Source of the DNA: Planctomycetota bacterium
GTDB lineage: Bacteria; Planctomycetota; SZUA-567; H5-PLA8
Direction of reading: 5' to 3'
NCBI GenBank assembly: GCA_038227875.1
Contig: JBBRPR010000006.1
Coordinates: 64,001 to 128,000 of the forward strand
Length of the DNA: 64,000 nt
The notes under the pieces are model-generated. The model searched no databases, was not told the origin of the DNA, and saw only the letters and a list, made by a program, of their open reading frames with translations. Made by a program: the position numbers and the translations under genes. Positions 29,243-38,245 of this stretch are shown piece by piece (the first letter of the stretch is position 1; each line of letters starts with the position of its first letter).

Positions 29243-31945
29243 TTACTGCACAACCACGTACAGGGCATCGGCGGGGAATTTGAATGTGACGCCCTCCCCA
29301 GCCTTCTCCAGCGGGACTTCCTTCCCCTTCATGCCGTTGATATCGAGCACGTACGCGGTCTTCGCGCCGGAATTCTGAATCGTCACTGTGACGTCGCCGT
29401 TCACGATTTGCCACGGCGCGTGGCCGAAGTTCACGACCTGTTCGCCGGTCTTCTTGTCCACGGGCGCGGGCTTGGTCTGCCAGCCGGTCGGGCGTTCGGT
29501 GGTGCCGACCTGGACCAGGATTTTTCCGGACGTCTTCAGCTCTTTACCGTCCATCGAGACCACCAGCACCGTCGCGTACGGATTGCCGCAGTGCAGCGAA
29601 ACGTCGGCGAGTTTCACGTCGCTGCCGTTTTTGAAGAAGCCGGTCGCGCCTTGCACTTTCGGCGCGTTGAGCGTGCAGATGCCCTTGCCGTAATCGAGAA
29701 TCAATTCGCCGGTGATCGACTTCACGGTCTTCACGGTCTCGTCGATGTACGGCTTCAGGTCTGCGACCTTGCTCTTGGATGGATCGCCGGCGTACTTCGC
29801 GATCACCGGGCCGACGAGGTAGGCCAGCGGGTTAATGCCGTCCTTGATGTTCGATTCCTTCGAGTGATTATCTTTGTCGCGGTTGGGATCGAAGCCGGAA
29901 TCTTCAGCCGTCAGCGGCACCTTGCGGTCCCACATATCCTGCAGCGCGCGCTGTTCGAACACGACCGGCTCGCCCTGCTTCACGTAACCATTGCGATAAA
30001 ATAATGCGGCCGCCGGCCACTGCCCCATCAGCATCGGCGTCGCGCAGATCCATTTTCCTTCCGACGGCATGAAGCCATTGGCTGAACCGGGATGGCGCCA
30101 GTCCTCTTCACCGGTCGCGAACCAATAGTAGGCATCGACGCCGTTGAGCGACTGGTACGCGGCGATCATGAAGGGGCCTTCCGACTGATAACTTTCTGGC
30201 GGCACCCAGGAACTCTCGGAGACGATCATCGGGTAACCGTCCACCTGCTTGAGCGAAACGGGAAGTTCGCGGGGGCTCAGCAGCGTGCTTTCGTCGGTGA
30301 ATTTGTCGCCGTTGACGATCGCCCAGCCGGCGTTCGGGCCTTCGTGAGCTCCGCCGAAATAGCGATTCACGCCCATCACCTGGTTGGGCGTGTACGAATA
30401 GCGTTCGGAGTCGAGCATCAACACGTTGTCGGCGGTGCGCCAGTTGCCCGCATTGACCAGTGCTTTGCAGCCCAGTTCCGTGTGGATAAAGGTGTCGATC
30501 ATCGTGTTGAAGTTGAACATCGTCTCGGTGACGAACTGCATTTGGTCAGCGCACCGTTTCAGCTGCCCTTCCCCGCCGCGGCGTTGTGTCAGTTCCCAGA
30601 CGATGTACAGGCCCGCCTCACTGGCGGTGAAATTATCGCCTTCGACCGCAGTACCGCCCCATGCTTCCTTGGCTTTGTCCAGCGTGCCATATTTCTTCGC
30701 CGCGAACGCGCCAAACTGCTTGCGCAGTTCTTCGCCCGCGGTGCCCTTGATGCCCTGCGACGTCCAGAAGAGCAGCGAATCTTCGTTCTGAATCTGGATG
30801 ATCGCCAGCGCCGGATCCTGGGCCAGCGGGATGCCCGTGTACGGATTCTTCTCCGTGAGCACCTGCTTCATCCAGCTCTTGTACGCCTCCTGCAATTTCG
30901 GATCGAAAAACAGCAGGCCGCAGTTGCTCTTGTTGCCGGTGTTCAGCGTGCCCATCGCGGGGGTCACGTGCGAGGAATTGGCCCAGTACGGCGAGAAAGT
31001 CGTGTAGATGCCCTGCTTCTTCATCGCCGCGACGCACTTCCACAGGCGGTCGCGTTCGCCCTTGTCGATCGACATCAGGTCCCCGCCGTTGGGCGTGATG
31101 TTGCCGTGGAATCGGACCATGTTGCAGCCGCGCTTGGCGATGAACTTCGCGTGACGGTCGAGATCCGCGCCGGCCTTGCCATAGGTCCCGGTGTTGAGCG
31201 CCCAGAAACGCGCGGGCTTGCCGTTGCCGAGCACAAAATCGTTGCCGTCCTTGCTGCGCGTCACGTAACCGGATTCGCCGGCCACTTTTTCGTTCAGATA
31301 ACGCAGGTCCAGCAGCGCATCCGGGCTGAAATCGTCGCGTTCGGGATTGAACGGCCAGCAGTTGGCGGACGCCACCGGCGGCGGTGCCTTTTCGCCGGGC
31401 TTCTTGACGCCTTCGGGTGTGAACGGAACTGCGGTGAAGACGAAACAATCGAGCATGCCGTGATTGTCTTTGTCGCTGTGCATCTTGAAGACCAGGCGAT
31501 GCGTGCCGCCAGTCAGATTCACCGTGCCGACTTTCGCCCACGCGATGAAACGCAAGTCGGGCTTGTCGTCTTCGGCGATGTTGATGTTGCCCGTCTGATC
31601 GGCGCTCATGTCGATCAACTTCCAGTCAGCTTCGTCGAGCTTGTAGGAGAGTTTGGTGCCGAGCGGATTGGCGCGGACCCAGAACGTGTATTGCTTGTCG
31701 GCGGGAACGGAGAGTTCGTAGTTGGCTTCGCCGGGCTTGTCGCCCCAGTTGGAAATAAAATCAGAGCCGGAAAGCTCGCCCTTCTTCACTTTGTCGAACC
31801 ACCAGGGGTGGCGCGTCATCGTGTTGGCCTTGGCGGCCTCGCCTTCGATCCAGATGTAGTCAGCTGCTCCAGCATTTCCAAACCGCGCCGCAATGGCCAC
31901 CAGCAGCAGCACCCCCGCTGCAATCCGTCGTGAACAATGAACCAT
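29243..31945 (-). CDS. Secreted clan GH-A-like glycoside hydrolase with an N-terminal CBM-like module
   Basis: Signal peptide, WIEGE module, GCNMVRFH, NPYTG.PLAQDPALAIIQIQNED (acid/base), IVSES (nucleophile). Confidence 0.72.
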   Translation of the reverse strand: MVHCSRRIAAGVLLLVAIAARFGNAGAADYIWIEGEAAKANTMTRHPWWFDKVKKGELSGSDFISNWGDKPGEANYELSVPADKQYTFWVRANPLGTKLSYKLDEADWKLIDMSADQTGNINIAEDDKPDLRFIAWAKVGTVNLTGGTHRLVFKMHSDKDNHGMLDCFVFTAVPFTPEGVKKPGEKAPPPVASANCWPFNPERDDFSPDALLDLRYLNEKVAGESGYVTRSKDGNDFVLGNGKPARFWALNTGTYGKAGADLDRHAKFIAKRGCNMVRFHGNITPNGGDLMSIDKGERDRLWKCVAAMKKQGIYTTFSPYWANSSHVTPAMGTLNTGNKSNCGLLFFDPKLQEAYKSWMKQVLTEKNPYTGIPLAQDPALAIIQIQNEDSLLFWTSQGIKGTAGEELRKQFGAFAAKKYGTLDKAKEAWGGTAVEGDNFTASEAGLYIVWELTQRRGGEGQLKRCADQMQFVTETMFNFNTMIDTFIHTELGCKALVNAGNWRTADNVLMLDSERYSYTPNQVMGVNRYFGGAHEGPNAGWAIVNGDKFTDESTLLSPRELPVSLKQVDGYPMIVSESSWVPPESYQSEGPFMIAAYQSLNGVDAYYWFATGEEDWRHPGSANGFMPSEGKWICATPMLMGQWPAAALFYRNGYVKQGEPVVFEQRALQDMWDRKVPLTAEDSGFDPNRDKDNHSKESNIKDGINPLAYLVGPVIAKYAGDPSKSKVADLKPYIDETVKTVKSITGELILDYGKGICTLNAPKVQGATGFFKNGSDVKLADVSLHCGNPYATVLVVSMDGKELKTSGKILVQVGTTERPTGWQTKPAPVDKKTGEQVVNFGHAPWQIVNGDVTVTIQNSGAKTAYVLDINGMKGKEVPLEKAGEGVTFKFPADALYVVVQ

Positions 31946-31986
31946 CGAATTTCCTCCGCGCGCGCGTTGCTGAAAAGGGACCGCAA

Positions 31987-32946
31987 TTACCGTTGGATGA
32001 AAGCGTTCAGCGCGCGGTCGATTTTCGCGGCCGCCGCGTCGGACAACTGTACACCAGACGCGGTGACGTTGTCATTCAATTGTTCCGGACGGCTGCAGCC
32101 GACAATCGCCGCTGCGACGTTCTTATTTCTCAGCACCCAGGCCAGCGCCAGTTGGACCATCGTCAATCCGCATTCGGCCGCGATGGGCTGCAACTCCTGC
32201 ACCGCCGCCAGCAGCTTCGGGTTGGTCAGGTCGATGCCCTGGTTGGTCAGGTACGCGTTGACGTCCTTGTTGGCCGCGCGCGAATCAGCCGGCGGCGGCG
32301 TGCCTGGCTTGTACTTTCCCGTCAGCACGCCCTGTGCAAGCGGCGACCAGACGATCTGGCTGATCCCATGTTCCACGCAAAACGGAATCACTTCCGCTTC
32401 AGGCTTGCGCCAGAGCATCGAATACTGCGGCTGACTGGAGACAAACTTGGCCGTGCCGGGAACTTTCAGCGCCTTGCTTGCCTGCGTCGCCGTCCATTCG
32501 CTGAATCCGACGTAGCGCGCCTTCCCGGATTTCACCGCGTCGGTCAGCGCCGTCATCGTCTCTTCGATCGGCGTCTCGTTGTCATAACGGTGGCATTGAT
32601 AGAGATCGACGTAGTCGGTCTTCAATCTCTTCAACGATGCGTCGAGCTGCTTCTTGATCTGCACCGCCGAGCACCCGCGGTCGGTTTCCGTCATCGCAAA
32701 ATAGAGCTTGGTGGCCAGCACGTACGACGAACGCTTGTACGGCGAAAGCACTTCGCCGAGCATCGATTCCGCCGCGCCTTTGCCGTAGATATTCGCCGTG
32801 TCGAAAAAGTTGATGCCGAGATCGAACGCCCGCTTAAAAATCGCGTCCGACTTCGCCCGCTCCACTTCAACGCCAAACGTGAGCCACGATCCCAATGCGA
32901 TTTCCGAGACATTCAGATCACTGTTGCCTAGACGGCGGTAGTGCAT
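31987..32946 (-). CDS. Aldo/keto reductase (Kv-beta-like)
   Basis: LGSWLTFG, FDTANIYG, LATK, DYVDLYQCH, WSPLAQGVLTGKY. Confidence 0.95.
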   Translation of the reverse strand: MHYRRLGNSDLNVSEIALGSWLTFGVEVERAKSDAIFKRAFDLGINFFDTANIYGKGAAESMLGEVLSPYKRSSYVLATKLYFAMTETDRGCSAVQIKKQLDASLKRLKTDYVDLYQCHRYDNETPIEETMTALTDAVKSGKARYVGFSEWTATQASKALKVPGTAKFVSSQPQYSMLWRKPEAEVIPFCVEHGISQIVWSPLAQGVLTGKYKPGTPPPADSRAANKDVNAYLTNQGIDLTNPKLLAAVQELQPIAAECGLTMVQLALAWVLRNKNVAAAIVGCSRPEQLNDNVTASGVQLSDAAAAKIDRALNAFIQR

Positions 32947-32966
32947 TTACATCCTCTCCTAAAAAA

Positions 32967-33043
32967 CGGGAGTCGGGATTCGGCATTCGATAACGCGGAT
33001 GCGCGACGAATCCCGAATCCCGATTCCCGATTCCCGATTCTCG
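32967..33043. repeat. Palindromic heptamer-array element, copy 2
   Basis: cgggagtcgggattcggcattcg-core-cgaatcccgaatcccgattcccgattcccg; inverted homologue of 7259-7315. Confidence 0.8.
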
Positions 33044-33044
33044 T

Positions 33045-33881
33045 TCATCCCCCCAACAACGCCTTCTGCCGCGGCGTCGCTTGCGCCACGACTTCCGGGT
33101 TGTACAGCGACGGGTACTTCATCGGCGGATAACCGGTCGCGAGCGTGCCGTAACCGTAAAAGATCTGCATCAGGTAGCGCCGGCGGTTGCTGCTGTTCAT
33201 CCCCGCGCCATGCCAGATTTCCGTGCGGAAGATCATCACGTCGCCGGCCTTGACCATCACGTACTGCGGCGCGATGCCATTCCACGTGGTCTCGTCGTTC
33301 GGCGGGCGGCCGGCGATGTGGCTCTTGGGGATCACCGTGGTGGGGCCGAGTTCCTCGACCATGTCGTCGAGATAATAATGCGCCGTCGACGAGAAAATCG
33401 GAATGCGGACGCGCGGGTCTTCAAGCATTTCCTGCGGCAGGCTCAGCGGAAGGTAATCGAGATGGATGCCCATCTCGCGGCCCTTGCCGGTGATCCACAG
33501 CGTGCCGCCGGTGGCTTTGCAGCCGGGACCGTGGATCGCGAGTTCCACATCGGCCACGCCAGGCCGGTCGACGTACTTCAGCCAGAACGGATCTTTTTCG
33601 AAAGGGATGGAGAGGTGTTTGTTGAAGCACCAATTCTTCATGTCGTACTGCGCGTCGTCGCCGCCGCTGCTGTCCATTTTCTGGCGGAGTTCGGCGACTT
33701 CAGCTTTGCTCAACACGCCCGGAACGATGCAGTAGCCCAGTGAATACATCTGCTCGATGGCCGTTTCGAGGTCAAAGTTTTCAGGATACGGAAGTGGTTC
33801 GACTTTGCCTTTGTAGACTGTTTTACCGTAGCCTTTTTCAACATGATGACCGTTGGGAGTACGCAGGGTTTGCTGAGTCAT
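33045..33881 (-). CDS. Phytanoyl-CoA dioxygenase (PhyH)-like Fe(II)/2OG enzyme
   Basis: GYCIVPGVL, HLD facial motif, GPTTVIPKSH, KAGDVMIF...WHGAG...RR. Start at 33881 because longer versions overlap the AraC gene. Confidence 0.88.
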   Translation of the reverse strand: MTQQTLRTPNGHHVEKGYGKTVYKGKVEPLPYPENFDLETAIEQMYSLGYCIVPGVLSKAEVAELRQKMDSSGGDDAQYDMKNWCFNKHLSIPFEKDPFWLKYVDRPGVADVELAIHGPGCKATGGTLWITGKGREMGIHLDYLPLSLPQEMLEDPRVRIPIFSSTAHYYLDDMVEELGPTTVIPKSHIAGRPPNDETTWNGIAPQYVMVKAGDVMIFRTEIWHGAGMNSSNRRRYLMQIFYGYGTLATGYPPMKYPSLYNPEVVAQATPRQKALLGG

Positions 33882-34041
33882 GAGAGGGTCTCCGCGGTGC
33901 GTGCTCATTTGCTTTATGGCTGCGGTTATGGGAACATTATCCCCCGTCCATAAGATGTGCGGAATAGCGCTTATGGCCAAACTCATGCGTTTTTTGCGTT
34001 GAGTACCGCGCCCCATTAAGTAACTCGGTACTGAGGAAAGC

Positions 34042-34905
34042 ATGGCTAACGGCTTCACCATCCCCGAGCGCGTGATCAAGGACGCGTGCACGCGCGTGCT
34101 GCGCGTCGACACCGTCTGGCGCTACATTATCGCCGGCGGAAAAAACCACGGCACCAAGCCCGACAAGCACGTCAACACCACCATGCCGTCGCTGGGCATC
34201 AACGTGGTGTTGCGAGGACGCGGCAAGTACATCGACGCCGCCGGCCGCGAGTACGATCTTTATCCCGGCATTCTCTTTCATCGCTTCCCGAACAAAATTC
34301 ACACCACGTGGTTCGATCCCGCCAGCGAGTACACGGAATTCTTCGTCTGCATCGACTCCAACACCGCCGCGCAGCTCGGGCAACTCGGGCTGGTCTCCAC
34401 CACCGCGCCGCTGGTCGATCTGGGCGTGAGCGAAGTGATCACCGACGAATACCTGCGCCTGCTCGACCGCATGAAACTGACCGAAAGCGAGCTGCCCACG
34501 TCAGTGATGCTGATGGACCTGCTGAATTTCGTCAACGGACTCTACGAACGCGCGCGCCGCAACCGGGCGCTGGGCTACTGGGACAAGATCATCGCTGACG
34601 CGCGCTTGCTGCTGGAACGCGACCTGGGTTCGCGCGTGAGCATGGAAGCCGTGGCCGACAAGCTCGGCGTGTCGTACACGGCCTTCCGCAAGAAGTTCCG
34701 CGAAACCGTCGGCATCTCACCGGGCGACTACCGCATTCACTGCCGCTTGGAATCCGCGCAGACCCTGCTGATGAACCGCTCGATCAAGCAAGTCGCAACG
34801 ACGCTGGGCTATTGCGATCAGTTCACGTTTTCGAATCAGTTCAAGAGCTACGTCGGCGTTTCGCCGAGGGCGTATCAGCAGCGGCTGAAAGTGACGGGAC
34901 GGTAA
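34042..34905 (+). CDS. AraC family transcriptional regulator (paralogue of 19914-20816)
   Basis: INVVLRGRGKY, HTTWFDP, LGVSYTAFRKKF, GYCDQFTFSNQFK..VGVSPRAY. Confidence 0.93.
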   Translation: MANGFTIPERVIKDACTRVLRVDTVWRYIIAGGKNHGTKPDKHVNTTMPSLGINVVLRGRGKYIDAAGREYDLYPGILFHRFPNKIHTTWFDPASEYTEFFVCIDSNTAAQLGQLGLVSTTAPLVDLGVSEVITDEYLRLLDRMKLTESELPTSVMLMDLLNFVNGLYERARRNRALGYWDKIIADARLLLERDLGSRVSMEAVADKLGVSYTAFRKKFRETVGISPGDYRIHCRLESAQTLLMNRSIKQVATTLGYCDQFTFSNQFKSYVGVSPRAYQQRLKVTGR

Positions 34906-34947
34906 GATATTATTATATCATAGGAGCAATTGCTCCTATGCTGATCT

Positions 34948-35310
34948 TTATCCGCGTACAATCGTCACTCCGCCCATGAATTGCATTTCATGCAGAGTCA
35001 GCATCATTATCGCCAAGGCATGAACTTCTAGAATACCAGATGGCCCCGTACCGATTACCGGCATCGCCACCGACCAGAAACTTTCGCGCTCGACAACCGC
35101 AATAATGCTTCGAATGGATTCTTCGATACGCGCGGCGCTACACGTCCCATCTGTATTGAGATCCGCGACGCCAATCTTTCCGCCAAGATTGCCCGCCGCT
35201 TTGGATAAAAGCAGCGTCTGACCTGACTGCACAGATCCGTCGTTAATCCTGATCACGAACGCATCAGCAGACTGGTCCTGAATCGTTCCCGCGACGACTT
35301 CAACCCCCAT
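34948..35310 (-). CDS. Short, degenerate macro-domain-like protein
   Basis: VEVVAGTIQDQSADAFV and SVAMPVIGTG..G resemble the two ends of a macro domain; the centre is shortened. Confidence 0.45.
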   Translation of the reverse strand: MGVEVVAGTIQDQSADAFVIRINDGSVQSGQTLLLSKAAGNLGGKIGVADLNTDGTCSAARIEESIRSIIAVVERESFWSVAMPVIGTGPSGILEVHALAIMMLTLHEMQFMGGVTIVRG

Positions 35311-35383
35311 CGCGGTCGCCTCCAGCCGGATCAGTGTCGCTCTCGCACCCCCAAGAGCCAAGAACTAACAGCCACGAGCCACG

Positions 35384-36103
35384 TCACGCCACCGTTCCCA
35401 GCTTGATCTTCAAATCCTTCCGCTCGACGATCTTCGCCACCGTGCCTTCGGAGATCCAGATCACGCGGTCGGACGCGGCCAGCATCTTGTGATCGTGCGT
35501 CGCGGTGATCACCGTCACGCCGTTTTCGCGCGAAAGCTTCGAGAGGATCGCGATGATGTCTTCGCCGGTCTTCAAATCCAGGTTGCCCGTCGGTTCGTCG
35601 GCCAGAATGATGCTCGGATCGTTGGCCAGAGCGCGGGCGATGGCCACGCGCTGCTGCTGTCCGCCGGAGAGTTCTCCGGGTTTGTGCGATGAACGTTCGC
35701 CCAATCCCACGGACGCTAGCAGTTTCTGCGCTTTGATTTCGGCCTGATCCTTGGGCACGCCGCTGAACATGATCGGCATCGAGACATTCTGCAATGCGGT
35801 GAGCGCCGGCATCAGGTTGAAGCTCTGGAAGACGTACCCGATCCACGCACAGCGCACGAACGCGCGCTTGCGGGAGGAGAGTTCGGGAATGTTGATGTTA
35901 TCGATTTCGACGCGTCCTTCCGACGGCGTGTCGAGCCCGCCGATCATGTTGAAGAGCGTCGACTTTCCCGAACCGGACGGCCCCATGATCGAAACGTACT
36001 CGCCGCGAAAGATCTCCAGGTCCACGCCCTTCAGCGCGTACACGGTTTCGCCGCGCATCTTGTAGGACTTCTTCAATCCGACGCAGCGAATCAATGTTTC
36101 CAT
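35384..36103 (-). CDS. ABC ATPase, LolD/MacB type
   Basis: [46 protein letters not shown]. Confidence 0.96.
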   Translation of the reverse strand: METLIRCVGLKKSYKMRGETVYALKGVDLEIFRGEYVSIMGPSGSGKSTLFNMIGGLDTPSEGRVEIDNINIPELSSRKRAFVRCAWIGYVFQSFNLMPALTALQNVSMPIMFSGVPKDQAEIKAQKLLASVGLGERSSHKPGELSGGQQQRVAIARALANDPSIILADEPTGNLDLKTGEDIIAILSKLSRENGVTVITATHDHKMLAASDRVIWISEGTVAKIVERKDLKIKLGTVA

Positions 36104-36169
36104 AACAACTACTCCGACCCGACTGTTGACTTTTAACCACGCCGCCAATTGGCGGCATGGTACCTCCGT

Positions 36170-38245
36170 TCAAAACGCGGTCTGCAACACCGCCTTGCTC
36201 AAGAACACCAATCCGACGGAGAAAATCGAAACTAACCCAGCCCCGCAAAAATATCCCGCGCACAGCACCGGCGCGATCTGGAACCATTTCGCGCCGAATC
36301 GCTTCTGGAAATAATACCGCCCCAGCAGCGCGCCGAAAATCTGCGGGATGATGTTGTGCGGCAGCGACTGATTCAAGCCCTGCACCACGCCGTACATCAG
36401 GAAAATCGGCGCGCCGAAATAGTTCAGCACCGAGTACACACCCACGGAAGCGACCGCGCCGATGGCGATCAGCGGCGGCTTCAGCGCTTCGTCGAACTGC
36501 GAGAACTCGCCCATCGTCGACGAGTAGACCACGCACTGATTTTTCGCCTGCAGTTCCCACATCTTCGACGCAAACGGATATGCCGCCGACGGGACGGGCG
36601 CCAGCGACCAGATCAGATTTGCGAAGAGGATCGAACTGACAATTACGATTGGGAACGTGATCACGTCGGCCTTCCAGATCGATTTGAACTTCGAACCGAC
36701 CAGTTCCGACTGCCGGTAGAAGACCGTCTGCAATCCGTAATTGCCCAATGGCAGTGGTACGAACCAGATGTTCAATCCGCGATAGCCGCTGAGAATGAAT
36801 CCAGCCTCGCGGATGTACGGAATATCGACGGCCTGGCCGACCATGCCTTCCAAACGCGCGGTGACGTAGCTGATCAGCGGCGTGTAGAGAAATCCGTAGA
36901 ACAACAGCACCACCATCACGCCCGTGTGCCACTTGATCAGCCAGCCGGAGACGCCGATGTAGATCAACGTCGTCACAATGTAGACGGCGATTACGATCCA
37001 GGCGGGGATGTGGCCGCGTTCGTTATAATAATCCTGATCCTTCTGCGGATCGCGCGCGCTCGCCGACTTGACTTGCGCTTTTCGGAAACTGCGCCAGATC
37101 GCGTAAAATCCGATCAACGCCAGGCCGATGGCGATGCCCGCTCCGAAAGAAAGGTAAAAGTCGATATTATTTTTAAACGAGGTGGCGATGGTATCGTCGC
37201 CGGCCTGCCACGAATGCAGCGTGCCGTTGTGCTGGAGAATTGGATTGAGAACAAACGTCATCACCATCCCAACGGCGGCGCCGACGACCGCAAAAAATGG
37301 CACCACCATGCCCACGATCACGTTGGCCAGATCGAATGATAATCCGGTCGCCACGGCGGGAAGGAACGTCTGCGTCTTGGTCGTCCAATCGACAAACGGA
37401 ATGGGAAATACCGCCAGGCTATCGTTCAGAAACGCCTGGCTGACGGCCGGGAGCGCAATGTAGATCAGCGCAAAGGCCATCCCCAGCGCGCCGCCGATGC
37501 TGAACGTCCGCCAGCGCCAGCGCGACGTGGTTTCCGTCGCCTCGTCGGCATCCTCCGCCAGCGCCACCACGCCCTGAGCGCCGATCGGCGCCATGGGAAA
37601 CGGCAGCTGTTCGATGTCGCTGGCGACGCGGAAAAGTCCGTAGCAGAGAATCGTGTTGTTCAAACGGCCGATCACGTTCTGAAAGATGATCATGCCGATC
37701 ACCGGCATCCATTCCCACATGAAAAACGAACGATGGCGCAGCACCGCCGGATCGTGCGGCGCGACCCAGGACGGAATCAAATCCGTGTACCCCAGGTTAT
37801 TCACCGCTTCGCTCTGCACGAAAAACTGATTCCAGATCAAGCCACCAAACGGCGTCGCGAGCAATCCGCCGGCGATGTAGAAGAAGACGAAAATCTCCGC
37901 CTTGCCCAGCGCCTTGTGCGCGCGCTTGGCAATTTCGATGAAGAGAATCACCGTCACCCACTGCGCCGCCGGGCCGATGCCGCTGCCGGCCAGCAGATTC
38001 ATGTACATCGCGCCCGGCACCATCAGCAGCGCCACGAACGCCGACCCGGCCAGCGAAATCCACGAGAACCCATCGACGAACGTCGACGGCGGCGTCATCA
38101 ACGAGCGGTAGCGTTCCAGTTCCGGATCGAGATTCGACGATGCCTTCGGCGCTTCGACGACCACCGCCGCGACGGTATCGTTCGGCGAGGCCGGTGGCGC
38201 GTCCGGCTTCTCGAAGTCGGGTCCTGGGGGAGGAGTGTCAGACAC
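36170..38245 (-). CDS. OPT-like polytopic membrane protein (putative peptide transporter)
   Basis: More than 14 hydrophobic segments and a DIEQLPFPMA motif; start overlaps the upstream stop. Confidence 0.7.
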   Translation of the reverse strand: MSDTPPPGPDFEKPDAPPASPNDTVAAVVVEAPKASSNLDPELERYRSLMTPPSTFVDGFSWISLAGSAFVALLMVPGAMYMNLLAGSGIGPAAQWVTVILFIEIAKRAHKALGKAEIFVFFYIAGGLLATPFGGLIWNQFFVQSEAVNNLGYTDLIPSWVAPHDPAVLRHRSFFMWEWMPVIGMIIFQNVIGRLNNTILCYGLFRVASDIEQLPFPMAPIGAQGVVALAEDADEATETTSRWRWRTFSIGGALGMAFALIYIALPAVSQAFLNDSLAVFPIPFVDWTTKTQTFLPAVATGLSFDLANVIVGMVVPFFAVVGAAVGMVMTFVLNPILQHNGTLHSWQAGDDTIATSFKNNIDFYLSFGAGIAIGLALIGFYAIWRSFRKAQVKSASARDPQKDQDYYNERGHIPAWIVIAVYIVTTLIYIGVSGWLIKWHTGVMVVLLFYGFLYTPLISYVTARLEGMVGQAVDIPYIREAGFILSGYRGLNIWFVPLPLGNYGLQTVFYRQSELVGSKFKSIWKADVITFPIVIVSSILFANLIWSLAPVPSAAYPFASKMWELQAKNQCVVYSSTMGEFSQFDEALKPPLIAIGAVASVGVYSVLNYFGAPIFLMYGVVQGLNQSLPHNIIPQIFGALLGRYYFQKRFGAKWFQIAPVLCAGYFCGAGLVSIFSVGLVFLSKAVLQTAF

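Noticed and set aside
32967..33043. Short repeat tracts as a CRISPR array
   Set aside because: The units are 7-bp tandem repeats without unique spacers, and no cas genes are present.
33882..34112. Extended N-terminus of the second PhyH ORF
   Set aside because: It spans the divergent promoter and overlaps the AraC start.
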